A stretch of DNA of 57,674 bases, counting the filler, from Basidiobolus ranarum (taxonomy: Eukaryota): assembly GCA_040143965.1 (NCBI GenBank). It is 5 parts of 5 records of this genome, joined end to end, with 100 filler letters (N's around TTAATTAATTAA, not from the genome) between each part and the next. Parts side by side here need not be neighbours in the genome. Positions count along the whole stretch, not along the records: positions 34,690 to 46,137 come from JASJQH010000612.1; positions 46,238 to 57,674 come from JASJQH010000613.1; 3 more parts are not named here. One strand, 5' to 3'. A program made the position numbers and the translations under genes. Every line of letters begins with the position of its first letter. The stretch's first letter is position 1. Of the stretch, positions 36,262 through 48,847 are shown piece after piece. The notes under the pieces were generated by a model. That model was not told the DNA's origin. It did no database searches and saw only the letters and a list, made by a program, of their open reading frames with translations.

Positions 36262-38487
36262 TAGGTTTGTAAAGATATAGATAACAGATCTGAGAAAGGT
36301 AATCAACTTCAGCATTTCTTGCAACTGCTAAGAATGTCCAAACTTAATAAGGTAGTAAGGAAGCTATGTAAGTGAGAATAATCTAATATAACTACATGGA
36401 GAAACGAAGCGAACTTTGAGATTGTTTGGCAAACTACCAAAGTGCATGATGCATAATGTTCATCGTAGGTGCCTTACTAACTGTATCCTGAGAATTTCAG
36501 GTCGGTAGAATAAGCTCATCAAAAGAAGTTATTGGGAGGTTGAGGGATATTTCTTGATTGACCAATAATACAGTCTCTAGATTAATTATGGGAATATTGC
36601 AAACCAAAGATAAGGTTGTATTTGAAATATCTGTAGAAATCAGATTAGAATCCCAGATTTGATTTGGATGCCTTTAAAATATCCAGTTGAACTTGGCTAA
36701 TACTTAGATAATTCGAATATGCATGCAATAGCTAAACAGATAAGGATATGGATAAAAATGATTATAGAGATAATAAAGTTCAACATAGGCATATATAGCT
36801 GAACCGTGCATCACTGATATGAAATATAATATGTAGGAATATCTTGGAAATGGAATAATAGAATGGTTTTTTCAGAGTGCGAAGAAAGTAGTGAAAGTTT
36901 AGAATATTTCAGAGTAACGTAAAGTTTGACCATATCTCAGTATGTCTAAAATATATCCAAAGTAGTTGACTTGATTTTCACAAGATTTCAGACAAGTAGG
37001 GGGAAATAGGGAGATAACGGTAGAATCTAATCACAAATTGGAACATTCTAAAGTACATCAAGGAACACTAACTATAACTATAACTACCGCTCAATTCACG
37101 TATCATAAGGATGATCCAATCGGGGGAAAGAACAGATGCGAATCATCCTATGTATTATCGAAATCCAATTGTTGGGTGATGCTCTGTGGGTCATACAAAT
37201 CATTCATGGAAAAGATGGGCATCCAGTTAGTTATTAAGAAATCGATACTCATTTGAATGGATCCTTTTTAGGGTTCATGTAAAACCACCTATTTAGAAGC
37301 GCAAATTCACTGATAAAATGGATGTTGATGTATAGCGTGCTGTAGAGAAATAAGTGAAAGAATTGCATAGCCGAAGTAATCTTGTGAAGTACGCGTAGAA
37401 TCACCTCACCCTCCCCCGCTCTCGAATAAAACTGTATCATATCTTGATCTACAATACCCATCAATTGTGTAAACTTGACTCATCCTTCAGAACCTCGTTA
37501 GTAATCATGATGTACGATCAATATATAATTTTGGTCTTCGTAGTGACACGAAAATAGTGAATAGGAGCAGGTGGTGAAGCATGGAGTTTGCCATCAATTG
37601 ATTATTGTTATCTAGTTGCTAAAAATCGAGACCCCATATAACCTCAATCGCGCTCAACATTCTCCACCTTTCCTAACAAGGCAAGTGTATTACTATCCAT
37701 TAATTATGGTGATAAATCATCTACTAATCAAATGGAATTGCGGCGACCATGGTTTCTACGCCAAACTTCCATAGATTACTATTGCCAATAAGGTTCACAC
37801 CAAACCAACTTCTTGAATTGGTGTTCAAACTACGTGTTGTCCATGTTTCGGTTAATAGTTCTCGCTTATAATCATTATACCACCTCTTACTACTGTCTCG
37901 TAGTGGCTTGTCTGTCAAATCAACATTCATCCATCTAATATGCCTTCAGTTCTATCCAGATAAATGAAACTCACCCTACCTCATCACGGGATACTTCAAT
38001 GACGTCATGATGGTTGCCCAGAGCTAAACTGCACTGAACCGTAGTTGATAATAGTTAGAACAGTTAAATTAACACACTAATCTCATATTGGTATAGCCAG
38101 CTGTAGTCTTATGTACGTGATATTCAATCTTAGCTTGGCGGGGGATTCAGTATAGATGGACCCTCAGCATACTTTGGCTTAACTTGGATACATTCTCTGA
38201 ACAAAACGAGATATTTATTCTTAACTTTAAAACTGGGTATAATATATATATGTATACGTATGTGCGTATGCGTGTTGGCTTCTATTTACACCGAGCAAGA
38301 TGACACTCAGATCAAAAAATCATAATGAACTGTACAATACATGACAACGGTTGTCAAATGTGAAGGATTATGACTGAGATTGATTTGGCGAAAGTAAAGA
38401 CGTGAATAGAACAGTAATTAGATGGATGTGATATGTCTCGTCTCGTCTCCTTTACGACATACCAGAATGTAAAGTGTAGAGGGAACA

Positions 38488-39726
38488 TTATATGAGCGAC
38501 ATTAACTTGGTTTTGGGCTTGGATGGTTTGGGATTAGATTGATGGGATGTGGGAGTCACTGGGACTGTAACTGCTGTCGGACTCGGTGGGAGGGGATTTT
38601 CTCCAAATGTTACTTGCTGTGCGGGTGTAGCTACTGCTTGGGCTTCATACCCTGGCGGTGTTCCACTCATAGTAATCGAGCTATGACTTGACTGTAATGC
38701 AGAGTCAGTTGGTACCAAAGTACTTGGTTCACTCAAAGACTGGGTGAATTTGGGTAGCTCGGAAGGATATTTCCCTATTGCTAGACTCATTCCTTCCAAC
38801 GGTCTTGACAAATGAAACGACATCTCCTCCGATGTACCTCCTTGACTGGTTGATCGCTGTGAAGAACCACGTAGTAACTCCCGAACCGCAGGATCGAATA
38901 TAAATACGACAGCATTAAGAAGACCAACACAGGCCGGTAACACGGCGGAAAGTAAATATAGTGAAAAATATAGTTCTCGATGTACGAAAGTATAAAATTC
39001 ACAAAGACAATTGAAGGTTTGCGTGACAATGGGAACCACCGGATATAATATGATACGCCGCATAGCTTTGCTGGTTTTCCGATTTACAAGTTGAATATCT
39101 ACCGAAATATTCGACCTCAAGTACTTCTCGTGTTGGTGTAGCTTGTATCCAATAAAACAGACGGCGAAGATACAATACAAGACAACTAGGAATACCCAAC
39201 CAAATAGTGTACACATCTCCCATATCATGGTTTTAGTGGTATATGTACCACGGTACCAACAGCTTCCAACCACCGGGTCAGCCTCAAATTGACCAGCAAT
39301 AAGAGGAACTGAGCTAATGACGGTTGCTAGAGTCAGTGCGAAAGGGAAGTAATATTTTTGGTAGCGGACCACATCGTATATATCACTAACAAATATCGCA
39401 TGCAAGTTGAACGCAATGGTGGCTGTCAAAAAGATAGGGAGCAAAGTAAACTCTAAGTAACCCCATAGGAGAAAAGCGCACAGCTGGTTAGAGGTGATTT
39501 TCTGTTGCAAGACGAGTACGAAAATACTATAAACAATGTCTGCCAAGGCAATCCAGAATGTGAGCTTCAAGGAAAGTCGATTCGCCAGTAAAGGTCGATA
39601 GATACGTATATAGACAATGGTTGAAACTACAAAGACACCTCCAAGAAGAGACAACCCACTGAAGATGAAAGTGATGAGTCTTTTGACTTCAACCTGATGA
39701 TCGGAGGCGTCATAAACGATTTGCAT
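38488..39726 (-). CDS. Seven-TM GPCR, Git3/cAMP-receptor-like, intronless, 412 aa
   Basis: ATG at 39726. Seven hydrophobic helices with motifs SLKLTFWIALAD, IAFNL, CWY, RRIILYPVVPIV and GLLNAVVFIFDP, then an S/T/P-rich C-tail. Confidence 0.88.
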   Translation of the reverse strand: MQIVYDASDHQVEVKRLITFIFSGLSLLGGVFVVSTIVYIRIYRPLLANRLSLKLTFWIALADIVYSIFVLVLQQKITSNQLCAFLLWGYLEFTLLPIFLTATIAFNLHAIFVSDIYDVVRYQKYYFPFALTLATVISSVPLIAGQFEADPVVGSCWYRGTYTTKTMIWEMCTLFGWVFLVVLYCIFAVCFIGYKLHQHEKYLRSNISVDIQLVNRKTSKAMRRIILYPVVPIVTQTFNCLCEFYTFVHRELYFSLYLLSAVLPACVGLLNAVVFIFDPAVRELLRGSSQRSTSQGGTSEEMSFHLSRPLEGMSLAIGKYPSELPKFTQSLSEPSTLVPTDSALQSSHSSITMSGTPPGYEAQAVATPAQQVTFGENPLPPSPTAVTVPVTPTSHQSNPKPSKPKTKLMSLI

Positions 39727-42700
39727 CTCCAAACAGGAGGAGTTGAATTGAAAAAGGGTTGGACAGGGTTCGCTTGAGTGAAAGTCAAAGTCCTGAGGAG
39801 TAGAATGGGTGGATGTGAAAAGAAAGGCAAATATTTAGAACAAGAAACAGCAGATGCCATTAAGTTTATAAATTGACTATTTAATGATGAAAAAGGTTTC
39901 AAATACCCATCCGATCGGTGTCATCGGATTAAGTACAAACAAATTTTAAGAAAACGATGTATGACACTTGGAGGGACAAAAATTTCACACCTGAATTAAT
40001 GAGCGATTGATTGTTCACGCCTATTATAATTCCGTGGCCTTATGGAGTGTATCGCAGGTGGGTTTTGGGAGAACGTTTGTTATGGAGTACCTTCCTTTTC
40101 CTGTCAACCAATATTCCCAAATATACTGATTTTTAAATTACCACAGTGACTATTTGTGGCCTCAAACCAATGTGGATCACACAGGAGGGCGGTCCCTGAT
40201 TGGCCCGATACAGGTGTGAGGCATTATCAGTGCTTCGGTGACAAATCAAGAAACCCAAGCCCAAATTCCTGCTGCTTACCTACTGCCAGTCTCAGTCATT
40301 GGAGGGAAAGCAGGTGGACATGCAACTACCTATAGAGTCACCACCCTCCTGCAACTGGGTCGGGAAATGCCAGAGAGGCTCCGAAAGCAATGACGATATT
40401 GCTGAAGAAGCGCACGGGGTAAGGCGTGTCGACGTTTCAACGGTGGCTCAAGGATATTTACGCCATGACTATCGGGCTATACTGGGCATCCCAACTCTTC
40501 CTAGTAGCAGTACACTGCAACGAAATGTTTCACCACAGTGCTAAGTTCCCATTCGAAGAGCGGATTTCGGCGTTTGGCTACAATGCAATAAGGCCGAAAT
40601 TCAATTGGGGAATGGCCCCATTTCTGGATAGACAATCCTTCTTGGGACTCAATCCTTAATTTAATGTACCCTTTAGGATTCGCTGATCAGAGCCGTCATT
40701 AATGTGTCTTCCATAAACAGTGATCAAGAGAGGCGATGCGAATGCAGTGTAAATGCTGCATCTGTCAAAATGTAAACCCGCCATCTGCTATCTGGTTAAA
40801 ACTAGCTCTTTGGCAGTGTAGCACAGTCTGGTGACCGAGATGGTTCTCACGATACAGGCTGGATATCAATTGGCAATGAATTCCAACAACCAACTTAATG
40901 CATAGCAGAAGCATGGGTTCCTCACTATTCAGCTGCTGACACTCACTTCTCTGAACACTATGGGCTGCTGCTAACCCCATCGAATATGTGCGTGATTAGC
41001 AAGCTCAAACCTAAAATAGGGATTTCGAAACCCACAAATGGCTACCTGCACGACCAAGATCATCTACAATGATCGATAACGTTCTCTCGAGCACGTGACC
41101 TGCTTCTTCAATCGCTTTGTCATTGAATTCTGTGTGAATTATGTGGATCTGGTTAAATGGTGTTTAAGGTATGAATCCAACGTAAACCCACTGTTCCTCC
41201 TGGTATCTACCTCGGGTGCACGTAAGCACCACTGGGAGTCTTCCCTCGAGAATTAGATGCTTGAGATCCGGATGGTGACCTATATTTTGGGTGAAGCTAC
41301 TAAGATTGTTTCTAATATTACTTCGATCGTGAGCGAGTGATTTAATCCATAGCTCAGTCAAATACCTTCTGTCTGAGACTAGTTTAATTGTCGTAGCAAT
41401 AAAATATTCACTTTGAAACCAGCGAAGGTTCCATTCCCCTGTCTTGCTTCATACATTGTTTAATCAAGATTTGGATTATATCTGAATATTGTGGATGACT
41501 TGAATCAGCGTTTGCTTCTTTGTTACATTAGACAGGGTTATAGCGAAATTAACATATCAAAGCAATTAGATTTAAAGCAACTTGGCACATGTTTATTACA
41601 ATGGATCCACTATACTGAGTTAGTGAACATTATTTGAAACTGTTACATTATCATTATCGCTACCAAAAAAATCTCTCAACAATTCATACTTTTTAAACAG
41701 GACCTGACTATAAAATGCGCGTATTGAATTGAACATATTCAAGAGTAATCACATACAGTTTCTAAGCCTTTTTGGGTAAATGAGTGGACAGAATAACAAT
41801 TTCATGACTTGGCTCTCAGTCCATCATCAGATCGCCATATATAGTTTGCCAGATTGAGAGCCTATTAGAAGTGATTCATATCGTTAAATCTCATGAGGTA
41901 CCAATGCGAGGTAAGTTTCCCTGATACATTCCTGATATGTATCTTATCCTTATCATTGGTAGATAGCTGCTCTGCAGTGGTCATTTAGCTGTCTATGTTT
42001 GCAAATACTGCTAAATTATTAGCAGAACAAGTATTATGTATCTGTTGGAAACAAACGCAGCTATATCATTGTTGTGGGATACAATCATCCATATCTGGCA
42101 TTTATTCCTACCAGGTGATCAATGATAAAGATCGCGAGAGGTGTGGTACGCAGGTATCTAAGGCATGCTTAAATTTATACGTTTACTATAGATACGAATT
42201 GGCTATAATGAAAGATATAAAGGTAATATGTTAAAGCATATCTGATCTCAACAACCTCCATATCATTAAACATTCTGTTTTCTTCATATTTCAATCAATG
42301 AACCATCATGCTACAAAGCTTTCAACGCTTTAAAAATGTCTAAATGATATGATAATTGCTATATACGTATTGTTATGCCCAAGGGAAAATGGATGGATAT
42401 CTTGCATTTGACTAATTAGAGAATCAGCAAGGCCAGAATCTTTAATACTATTCAGGTAGGTAATACACGGAGCAGTACTAAGCTGATTAAAGTTTTGAGA
42501 ATAACTGTATGTTGCTATCTATTGAGAGAGATAGTGAGGAACTAGGTTTGATATTCAATAAGAGCAGACTTTCACAGTAAAAGGTCAAAGTCGCATTCTT
42601 ACTGATATTTATATTAAATTATATTGGGGGTTCACCAAGAAGAAATTTTATGCCGGAAATTGAGCAGTAAAGAAGAAATAAATATAATTGGCACAAGCAC

Positions 42701-43292
42701 CAAGCTAAAAGATCTATTTAAATGTATTGGCACTTTTTATTGCAGAAATTATTATTAAACCTCCAGAAAATGGATATCCAATTCCATGTGTGATAGATTG
42801 TGCTTAAATGAGGGAATCATTTATTAGTGAATATGAATCATTGGATATCCTGCTATGATAGCGTGATAGAATCAAGAGTAAGTGGCCAACAGCAAGTACA
42901 TGAAAATTGCTAAAGGTGTCAGAAATAACTATGTGCTAAGAAAAGATAGACAATTGAATAAGGCATGGTGTATGTTGATGAAGAAATTAGATATGTGAAA
43001 TAGAAGGCCATATGATCACATCATTCGTAAACACTTACCTACAAAGGTCAACTACTAAATTAAATTTATCATGAATAGCTCAACATATGCAGCATTTTAT
43101 ATTTGCTGAAATGTACACCCATTGTCTCATATATAGTTTAAACCAGCTATTAGATTTTGGGATAAACAAATCTTGGACTTGTAATTAATCTTACATGTAA
43201 TTGATTCTATGCTATTATATTCAGGATTTTAAAATATAGTAAAACTTCAATGATACTCTGAAGCACCCAAACTTTGTACATAGTATTCAGAC

Positions 43293-43629
43293 TGTTGAAA
43301 TTGTTGAAATTAGCATTGCCTAAACACCTATTTAGTCATATATAGCTTAGTACTTAGTTATCTTATAATTCACTAAGATATTATCCATTATTCTCAATTG
43401 GAATTTACTTAGAAGTTCTCAGATATATAGATTTTTCAAACTGGTGCTACAAGCCCCAAACTTTGCACACATATTCCTGAAACTTTTTTTAAGACATTCT
43501 ACATGTTAGTTTGTTTACATCTTGACAAAACTATAAATGTCAACTTTCACTCAATATATCAATAAGTGAAAACCACCAATTCCTCTAATTCTCCAAACCA
43601 CTTCCAACAGGCTTCCAAATACTTTAACA
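43293..43629 (+). repeat. Family A solo LTR with its first 9 nt duplicated
   Basis: TGTTGAAAT-TGTTGAAATTAGC...ACTTTAACA, flanked by CAGAC / CAGAT (4/5 TSD match). Confidence 0.9.
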
Positions 43630-43653
43630 CAGATGTATTTATCACCATAACCC

Positions 43654-44001
43654 TGTTGAAATTAGCATTACCTAAGCACCTCTATTGTCATATATGGTAT
43701 GATATTTAGTTTTCTTACATTGAGCTATGATACTACCTATTATTCTAAATTCAAATTTACTAAGAATATTGACACCAACTTGGAAGTTCTCAGATATATA
43801 GATTTTCAAACTTGTGCTAGAAGCCCCAACCTTTGCACACATGCTCCTGGGACCTTCATTAGCACATTCTACATGTTAGTTTGTTTACATCTTAACAAAA
43901 CAATAAAAGTCATTTTTCTACTAAAATATGGCAATAAGTAAAAACCACTAACTTCTCTAACGCAACAAACCACTCCCAACAGGCTCCCAAATACTTTAAA
44001 A
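43654..44001 (+). repeat. Family A solo LTR with 5-bp TSD AACCC
   Basis: TGTTGAAATTAGC...ACTTTAAAA. AACCC occurs at 43649-43653 and 44002-44006. Confidence 0.9.
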
Positions 44002-44163
44002 AACCCTATTGTTGGTATCCAATACTCAAGAGAAAATATACACACCAAAGTTCCAACTAAGAAGCCAACAAGTGAATATCTTACTCTCTCATCATATCCC
44101 ATTGCAATTCCAATCCCCCAGAAAATCCCAATAATAGTGATCCACAATAGCTATATTTCTAGA

Positions 44164-44488
44164 TGTTATATTGGAGGATCTTGACATAATGGGGGTGGAC
44201 TTTGTGTCCAACAGACAACTTATGAGAGTGTTTTAGCTATTTTAGAGAATATTGTAATTTATATAGCATAGAAGTAAGTCAATTGTTTGAGATATTCAGG
44301 AGTTTATTTAATAACATATAATAGATAGGGGGGTAATAAGACATAGTGGTTATATATATATATAAAGATATTCCTATATAGAGTATAGGGGCTATAGATA
44401 TGTTGCTTTCTGTTTCTGATATATGTATAATAACTAAAGTCAACCAAGATTTTGAATAAAGATTGAGTGTCTGATATGTTATCTAACA
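44164..44488 (+). repeat. Probable LTR, family C
   Basis: TGTTA...TAACA termini with an internal TATA run followed by AATAAA. 44370-44488 matches the reverse complement of 57568-57674. No TSD was seen. Confidence 0.65.
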
Positions 44489-46137
44489 GTACTTTTGGAA
44501 TTTTTAAACATAATTGAAGTTTGGTATTTCCACAACCAGTTGGAAACATTTCCAAAGTGATGTTGTGATATTGACTTTGAGGACATTCAACAAAAATACA
44601 TTCCAACAATGTTGATATCTAGGTATATAACTCACATATTTCATAAGAAAATATCACTATTGATTGAAGTAACAAGGGTTCTTCTTTGATACTAAAATAA
44701 GCCTTTGATGTCATAAATACCTTTGGATTAAAATTGAACTATGTAAGTAATTGCTGAGGATTGAGTTCAAGTTTTTAACACTCCTTGAAAGCTGGTTGAC
44801 ATAACCAGTAAATTGGTGTTCCCAAGCTTAGAGAATTTAATGTTTCAAAATATCTTTATGTCTAAGAGTGATTGTAGGAACATACTCTTTGAATCTAACA
44901 ACAAAATAACACCCATAGACACCATTAGAACTAAATACTCATCTTGAATATGTATTCAGAACACCCCATTCGTAATATGATACCTTTAAAGGAAACTTAG
45001 ACCAGAACTGCCCCAGTGTTTCGTACAAACAAGAAATCCACAAAGGGGACAATAACGTCCAATTCTCGTAGAATGGTTGAAAGTATATTCATACGTATTC
45101 TGCAGTGATCAGGTCATCTCAATCACAATGTGCCCATCAGTAAGGTTGAAAATAGGATAGGATTGGTCACTGATGCTGGCGTACCTTGTTCAAGTATAAG
45201 ACACGTGAAATTGGATGATTATTAGGTGGGTGAAATTAATTGGCTAATTTTATTAAGCTAATAGCCAAAAGATTGACAAATGATTTCTCTGGATGGGGAA
45301 CTTACACTATCCGTGGCTGGGTACACCATAAAATATGGAATTCTGTCAATACTGTGTGGGATGTATAGTAGTAACTAATGAGGTTACAGTTGGATATTCC
45401 GATGGAGTTTGGATAGAATACTCCAGGTAGAATTTCTCTTTCAAAGATAACTACATCATCAGCCATATGTCATTCGAAAACGTGTTATACTAAATCTCCC
45501 CCATTTAGAAGGGCTAATTGGATATGCACCGGAATAGCTGAAATCAAAAATTCCCGATTTTTATCCAATTAAACACTTGGGATTTGAATTTCATCAGCTA
45601 GTCCAGATCCCAATATAGCATCTAAGCAATGGGTCCGGTTGTCAAGATCTGATCGAATGATACTTCCGTGTCATCTTCTATCTCCCAATCGGAGATTATT
45701 GTTGCTTGCATCATAAAAGAAGAGTTAGATTCTCAGTACTCTTATGGGATACTGAAGGGTAGCTAAAGTTTAACCCTGGCTAGACTATACGGATTACTAG
45801 AATTCCAATGACTTGAAGTCAAAGTGGTGAATAAGAGCGTCTAACAGATACGTCTACTTCAGCAGGTACGCGTACATATGTACTTATTTGCTTTCCACTA
45901 TTTACTCGTAACATTGCCCATGGAGTAACCAAGCCTGACCAAAAGTAAAATGCCACCATAGCTGAAATGGTGGAGTTAACAGTATTTCTTCTATAGAGTT
46001 GAGGAAAGGTTGTCCCTAACTGAGTACCTTGCTTCGCTTAATCGATGAACCGAGTTTTCAGGCTGGATTGAATCGGAGAAGGCATTTTGGTACTCTCCTT
46101 CGACTTTCCATTCTAGCCTTGTGTAGGTTATGGTTAT

Positions 46138-46237
46138 NNNNNNNNNNNNNNNNNNNNNNNNNNNNNNNNNNNNNNNNNNNNTTAATTAATTAANNNNNNN
46201 NNNNNNNNNNNNNNNNNNNNNNNNNNNNNNNNNNNNN
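46138..46237. other. Artificial contig linker
   Basis: 100-bp N/TTAATTAATTAA spacer. Confidence 0.97.
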
Positions 46238-46531
46238 CATTCACAGAAAGGTGCGCACCAAGTCCGGCAAAATTACGGTGGCCAATCACAACTTTATGGC
46301 GGCAATCCACCTCAACGGCAACAATATGGTGGTAATCAGCCTCAAGGACAACACTACGGGGGTCAACCACAGCAAGGTCAGTATCAAGGTGGTCAGCCAC
46401 AAGGACAACAAGGTAAGCCGCCGAAGGAGTCGTCTGGCTTAGGAAGTGTAGGATCAATGCTTTCGGGCAGTCTTGGTACCATGGCATTAGGAATGGTAAC
46501 TAACAAATTGATGGGTGGCAAAAAGCATTAA
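46238..46531 (+). CDS. 3' end of a Gly/Gln/Tyr-rich low-complexity protein (5' part missing; frame absent from the ORF track)
   Basis: Open frame HSQKGAHQVRQNYGGQSQLYGGNPPQRQQYGGNQPQGQHYGGQPQQGQYQGGQPQGQQGKPPKESSGLGSVGSMLSGSLGTMALGMVTNKLMGGKKH*. GC is elevated and an AT-rich UTR with AATAAA near 46591 follows. Confidence 0.8.
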   Translation, partial: HSQKGAHQVRQNYGGQSQLYGGNPPQRQQYGGNQPQGQHYGGQPQQGQYQGGQPQGQQGKPPKESSGLGSVGSMLSGSLGTMALGMVTNKLMGGKKH

Positions 46532-48391
46532 ATCATTGTACCAACAAATGGAATTATCCAAAGTATCATCTTATTTTACTTAATATTCTGAATAAATTCG
46601 TTAATTTAGCCTAAATATGTAACATCCCTTGATTTACTCTACAAAATTAATCATCGCTTTCGGAATCATCACCCATCTCTTAAGATTCAACGGTTGCTTT
46701 TTGCACGTGAAGAAAAGTAGAAAAGGTTGTCCGATAAAGGACCTAAAATAATGCAGTCGAAATTATTCCGTGTTCAACCTTGCTTATAAGCCGGTGTCTC
46801 AAGCAATTGAAGGGCCTAATGCGCTATCATTTGTACATTATGCTTGGCCTAAGACTGATAGGGTGTGTGTAGAATCCATTCACCTCGTCTTCGCTTGCAT
46901 TTTACACAGCATAGTGGCATACGTGGTTTCTGAAGAAAATTTCCGTTACTTATTCACTGTTAAAGATCTTTGCTAACTAGATGGAGTACGTCATGAAAAC
47001 CCAAGTAACTCTCGAAGCCACGAGTATGATGGCAGTATGATGCAAATGATTCAAATTACACCCAAAGACATCGGATTGTGATACACTTCCTTAACCAGAT
47101 ATTCTAGCCGATATTTCGCTTGCCACTAATTTATTTGTTTGATTATATTCAGCTACTTTTTGCATCTGTACCATTTAGTCGACAAGTGAATTATATGAAC
47201 GGAATTCGACCAGTGTCTGCACACACTTATTGGATGGTCATAACATTCAGACGCATGGACTTGTCTAGCCTTGCAGTAAACCACACCTGTCTCAGGTATC
47301 TACCCTTGCTTAACCTACCAAAAGTAAAGAGCCTAGCCCAAAATGATGAAAACAAGGTACGGGATTCTCGACTTTGTGGACACTGCATTTGAGCACGGTA
47401 TCTTTCAAGCTCGATCACCTTATCAATAGAATATGGATTAAACTTGTAAGCACATTAGGAACCTCTCTACTGCAATAGCGACATTCTTTAGTGATAGCAA
47501 TATAGGTATATCTGAGAATAGCATGTATATATTCAGAATTATCGAGAAGTTACAATTCAATTATAAAATAAAATCTGAGCAGTTTAGGACTAAGCAGCGC
47601 TATACCTTCTCCAAAGTAGTGAATCTATTTTCCTCCATCAAAGTCTACTTCGATTCGTTACCTAGCATTGTGTTGGGCATATATTTGCTACTTAAGATTA
47701 TCAAATGTGAAGCTGGCTAGTGCTGAATTTTCATCCGATGCTGAAGTCACATTTCATGCCTCTAGAACTGCCCTACTCTCTTTATGTAAAAATGGATTTA
47801 ATCATAAATCTCTTAAAGATTGGCTTGGATGTACTTAAATCTCGATAATGTAATGAGAAATGTTCCCTCAGAATACCTATGGTTGTACTCAGTCTTAGCA
47901 TCTTGAATATAGCAGCCTAGTGTCAACATGAGGATGCTGACCATTCTACATGAAGAAATGCTGCTATTATGTAGTCAGGAATGACCATTTGATGTCCCAA
48001 ACGAAGCGTAATAGCTCAAAACTTTCGTTAAATATGTTCAAATCATTGCCGGTTGTTGAGCACGATTGGAAGATCCTTATTCTATCACGTAACTAACATA
48101 TAATCGGTTCAAGTTTGTTCAAGATTGAAATCCTTCCATTGATTTTTAAATACGAAACTTTGTTTACTCAAGTGAGCATCAGTATGAACTGGAGAGAGCG
48201 GAGTTGACCCCATTTGCATATGTACGTACATTTGTATACTAAACGTTTTAGAATGCATCTCCATGACTTGCAGGTCAGGTCTAGTCAAAGCCCACACACC
48301 TCGGAGGATTATTAGAATTTTACGGAGGATTCTTTTTTCATACAAATAAACACTTCCACTTCGTTGCGATCCCTATTATCTAATCACTACA

Positions 48392-48847
48392 ATGAGATTT
48401 TTCTTAATATCTTCCTTGTTTACTCTGTTACCATGGGTTTTAAGTGCTCCGCTTGGAGTGAAAGACAAGTGCTCTAAAGTGACAGTATTTGCTCTTCAGC
48501 ATTCGAAAAATATAGGCCGCAGGAAAGGAACTTTCTCCCCACAGGAAGAAGTATCGTTCAAGTGGGAGTACAAAGGACAGGATTTGAAGTACATTAGCGA
48601 AGTTGGTCTCTTTAATGGACAAACCAACGAATTTCTCCACAGTCAATATAGAAGTCATCCAGGGAAATCCATCCAAGATGGAGAAATGAAATTTATCTTG
48701 GAAGTTCCATTGTGTCTTCAAAGATATGATAGCTATTACCTTCGTGTTTATGCTAGTACTAAAGATAATACTATATGTGACTTTAAAATTCCCAATTTTA
48801 AAATATCTTCGAGTTCCAATGAAAATTACTCAAAGTGTAAGCTTTGA
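48392..48847 (+). CDS. Small secreted protein of unknown function, 151 aa
   Basis: Signal peptide MRFFLISSLFTLLPWVLSA, four Cys and a beta-rich pattern (VSFKWEY, YYLRVYA). Confidence 0.8.
   Translation: MRFFLISSLFTLLPWVLSAPLGVKDKCSKVTVFALQHSKNIGRRKGTFSPQEEVSFKWEYKGQDLKYISEVGLFNGQTNEFLHSQYRSHPGKSIQDGEMKFILEVPLCLQRYDSYYLRVYASTKDNTICDFKIPNFKISSSSNENYSKCKL

Noticed and set aside
36300..38200. Short ORFs such as 37724-37930 (-)
   Set aside because: No recognisable domain or supportable exon structure.
17210..39726. Apparent cAMP-signalling cluster (PDE plus cAMP-receptor-like GPCR)
   Set aside because: The genes lie on different contigs joined by artificial linkers.
44900..46137. Possible decayed gene on the minus strand
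   Set aside because: It retains CpG and looks coding-like, but the frames are broken and I recognise no motif.
46182..46487. ORF-track calls 46182-46487 (-) and 46251-46442 (+)
   Set aside because: They are shadow frames of the G/Q/Y-rich frame 46238-46531.
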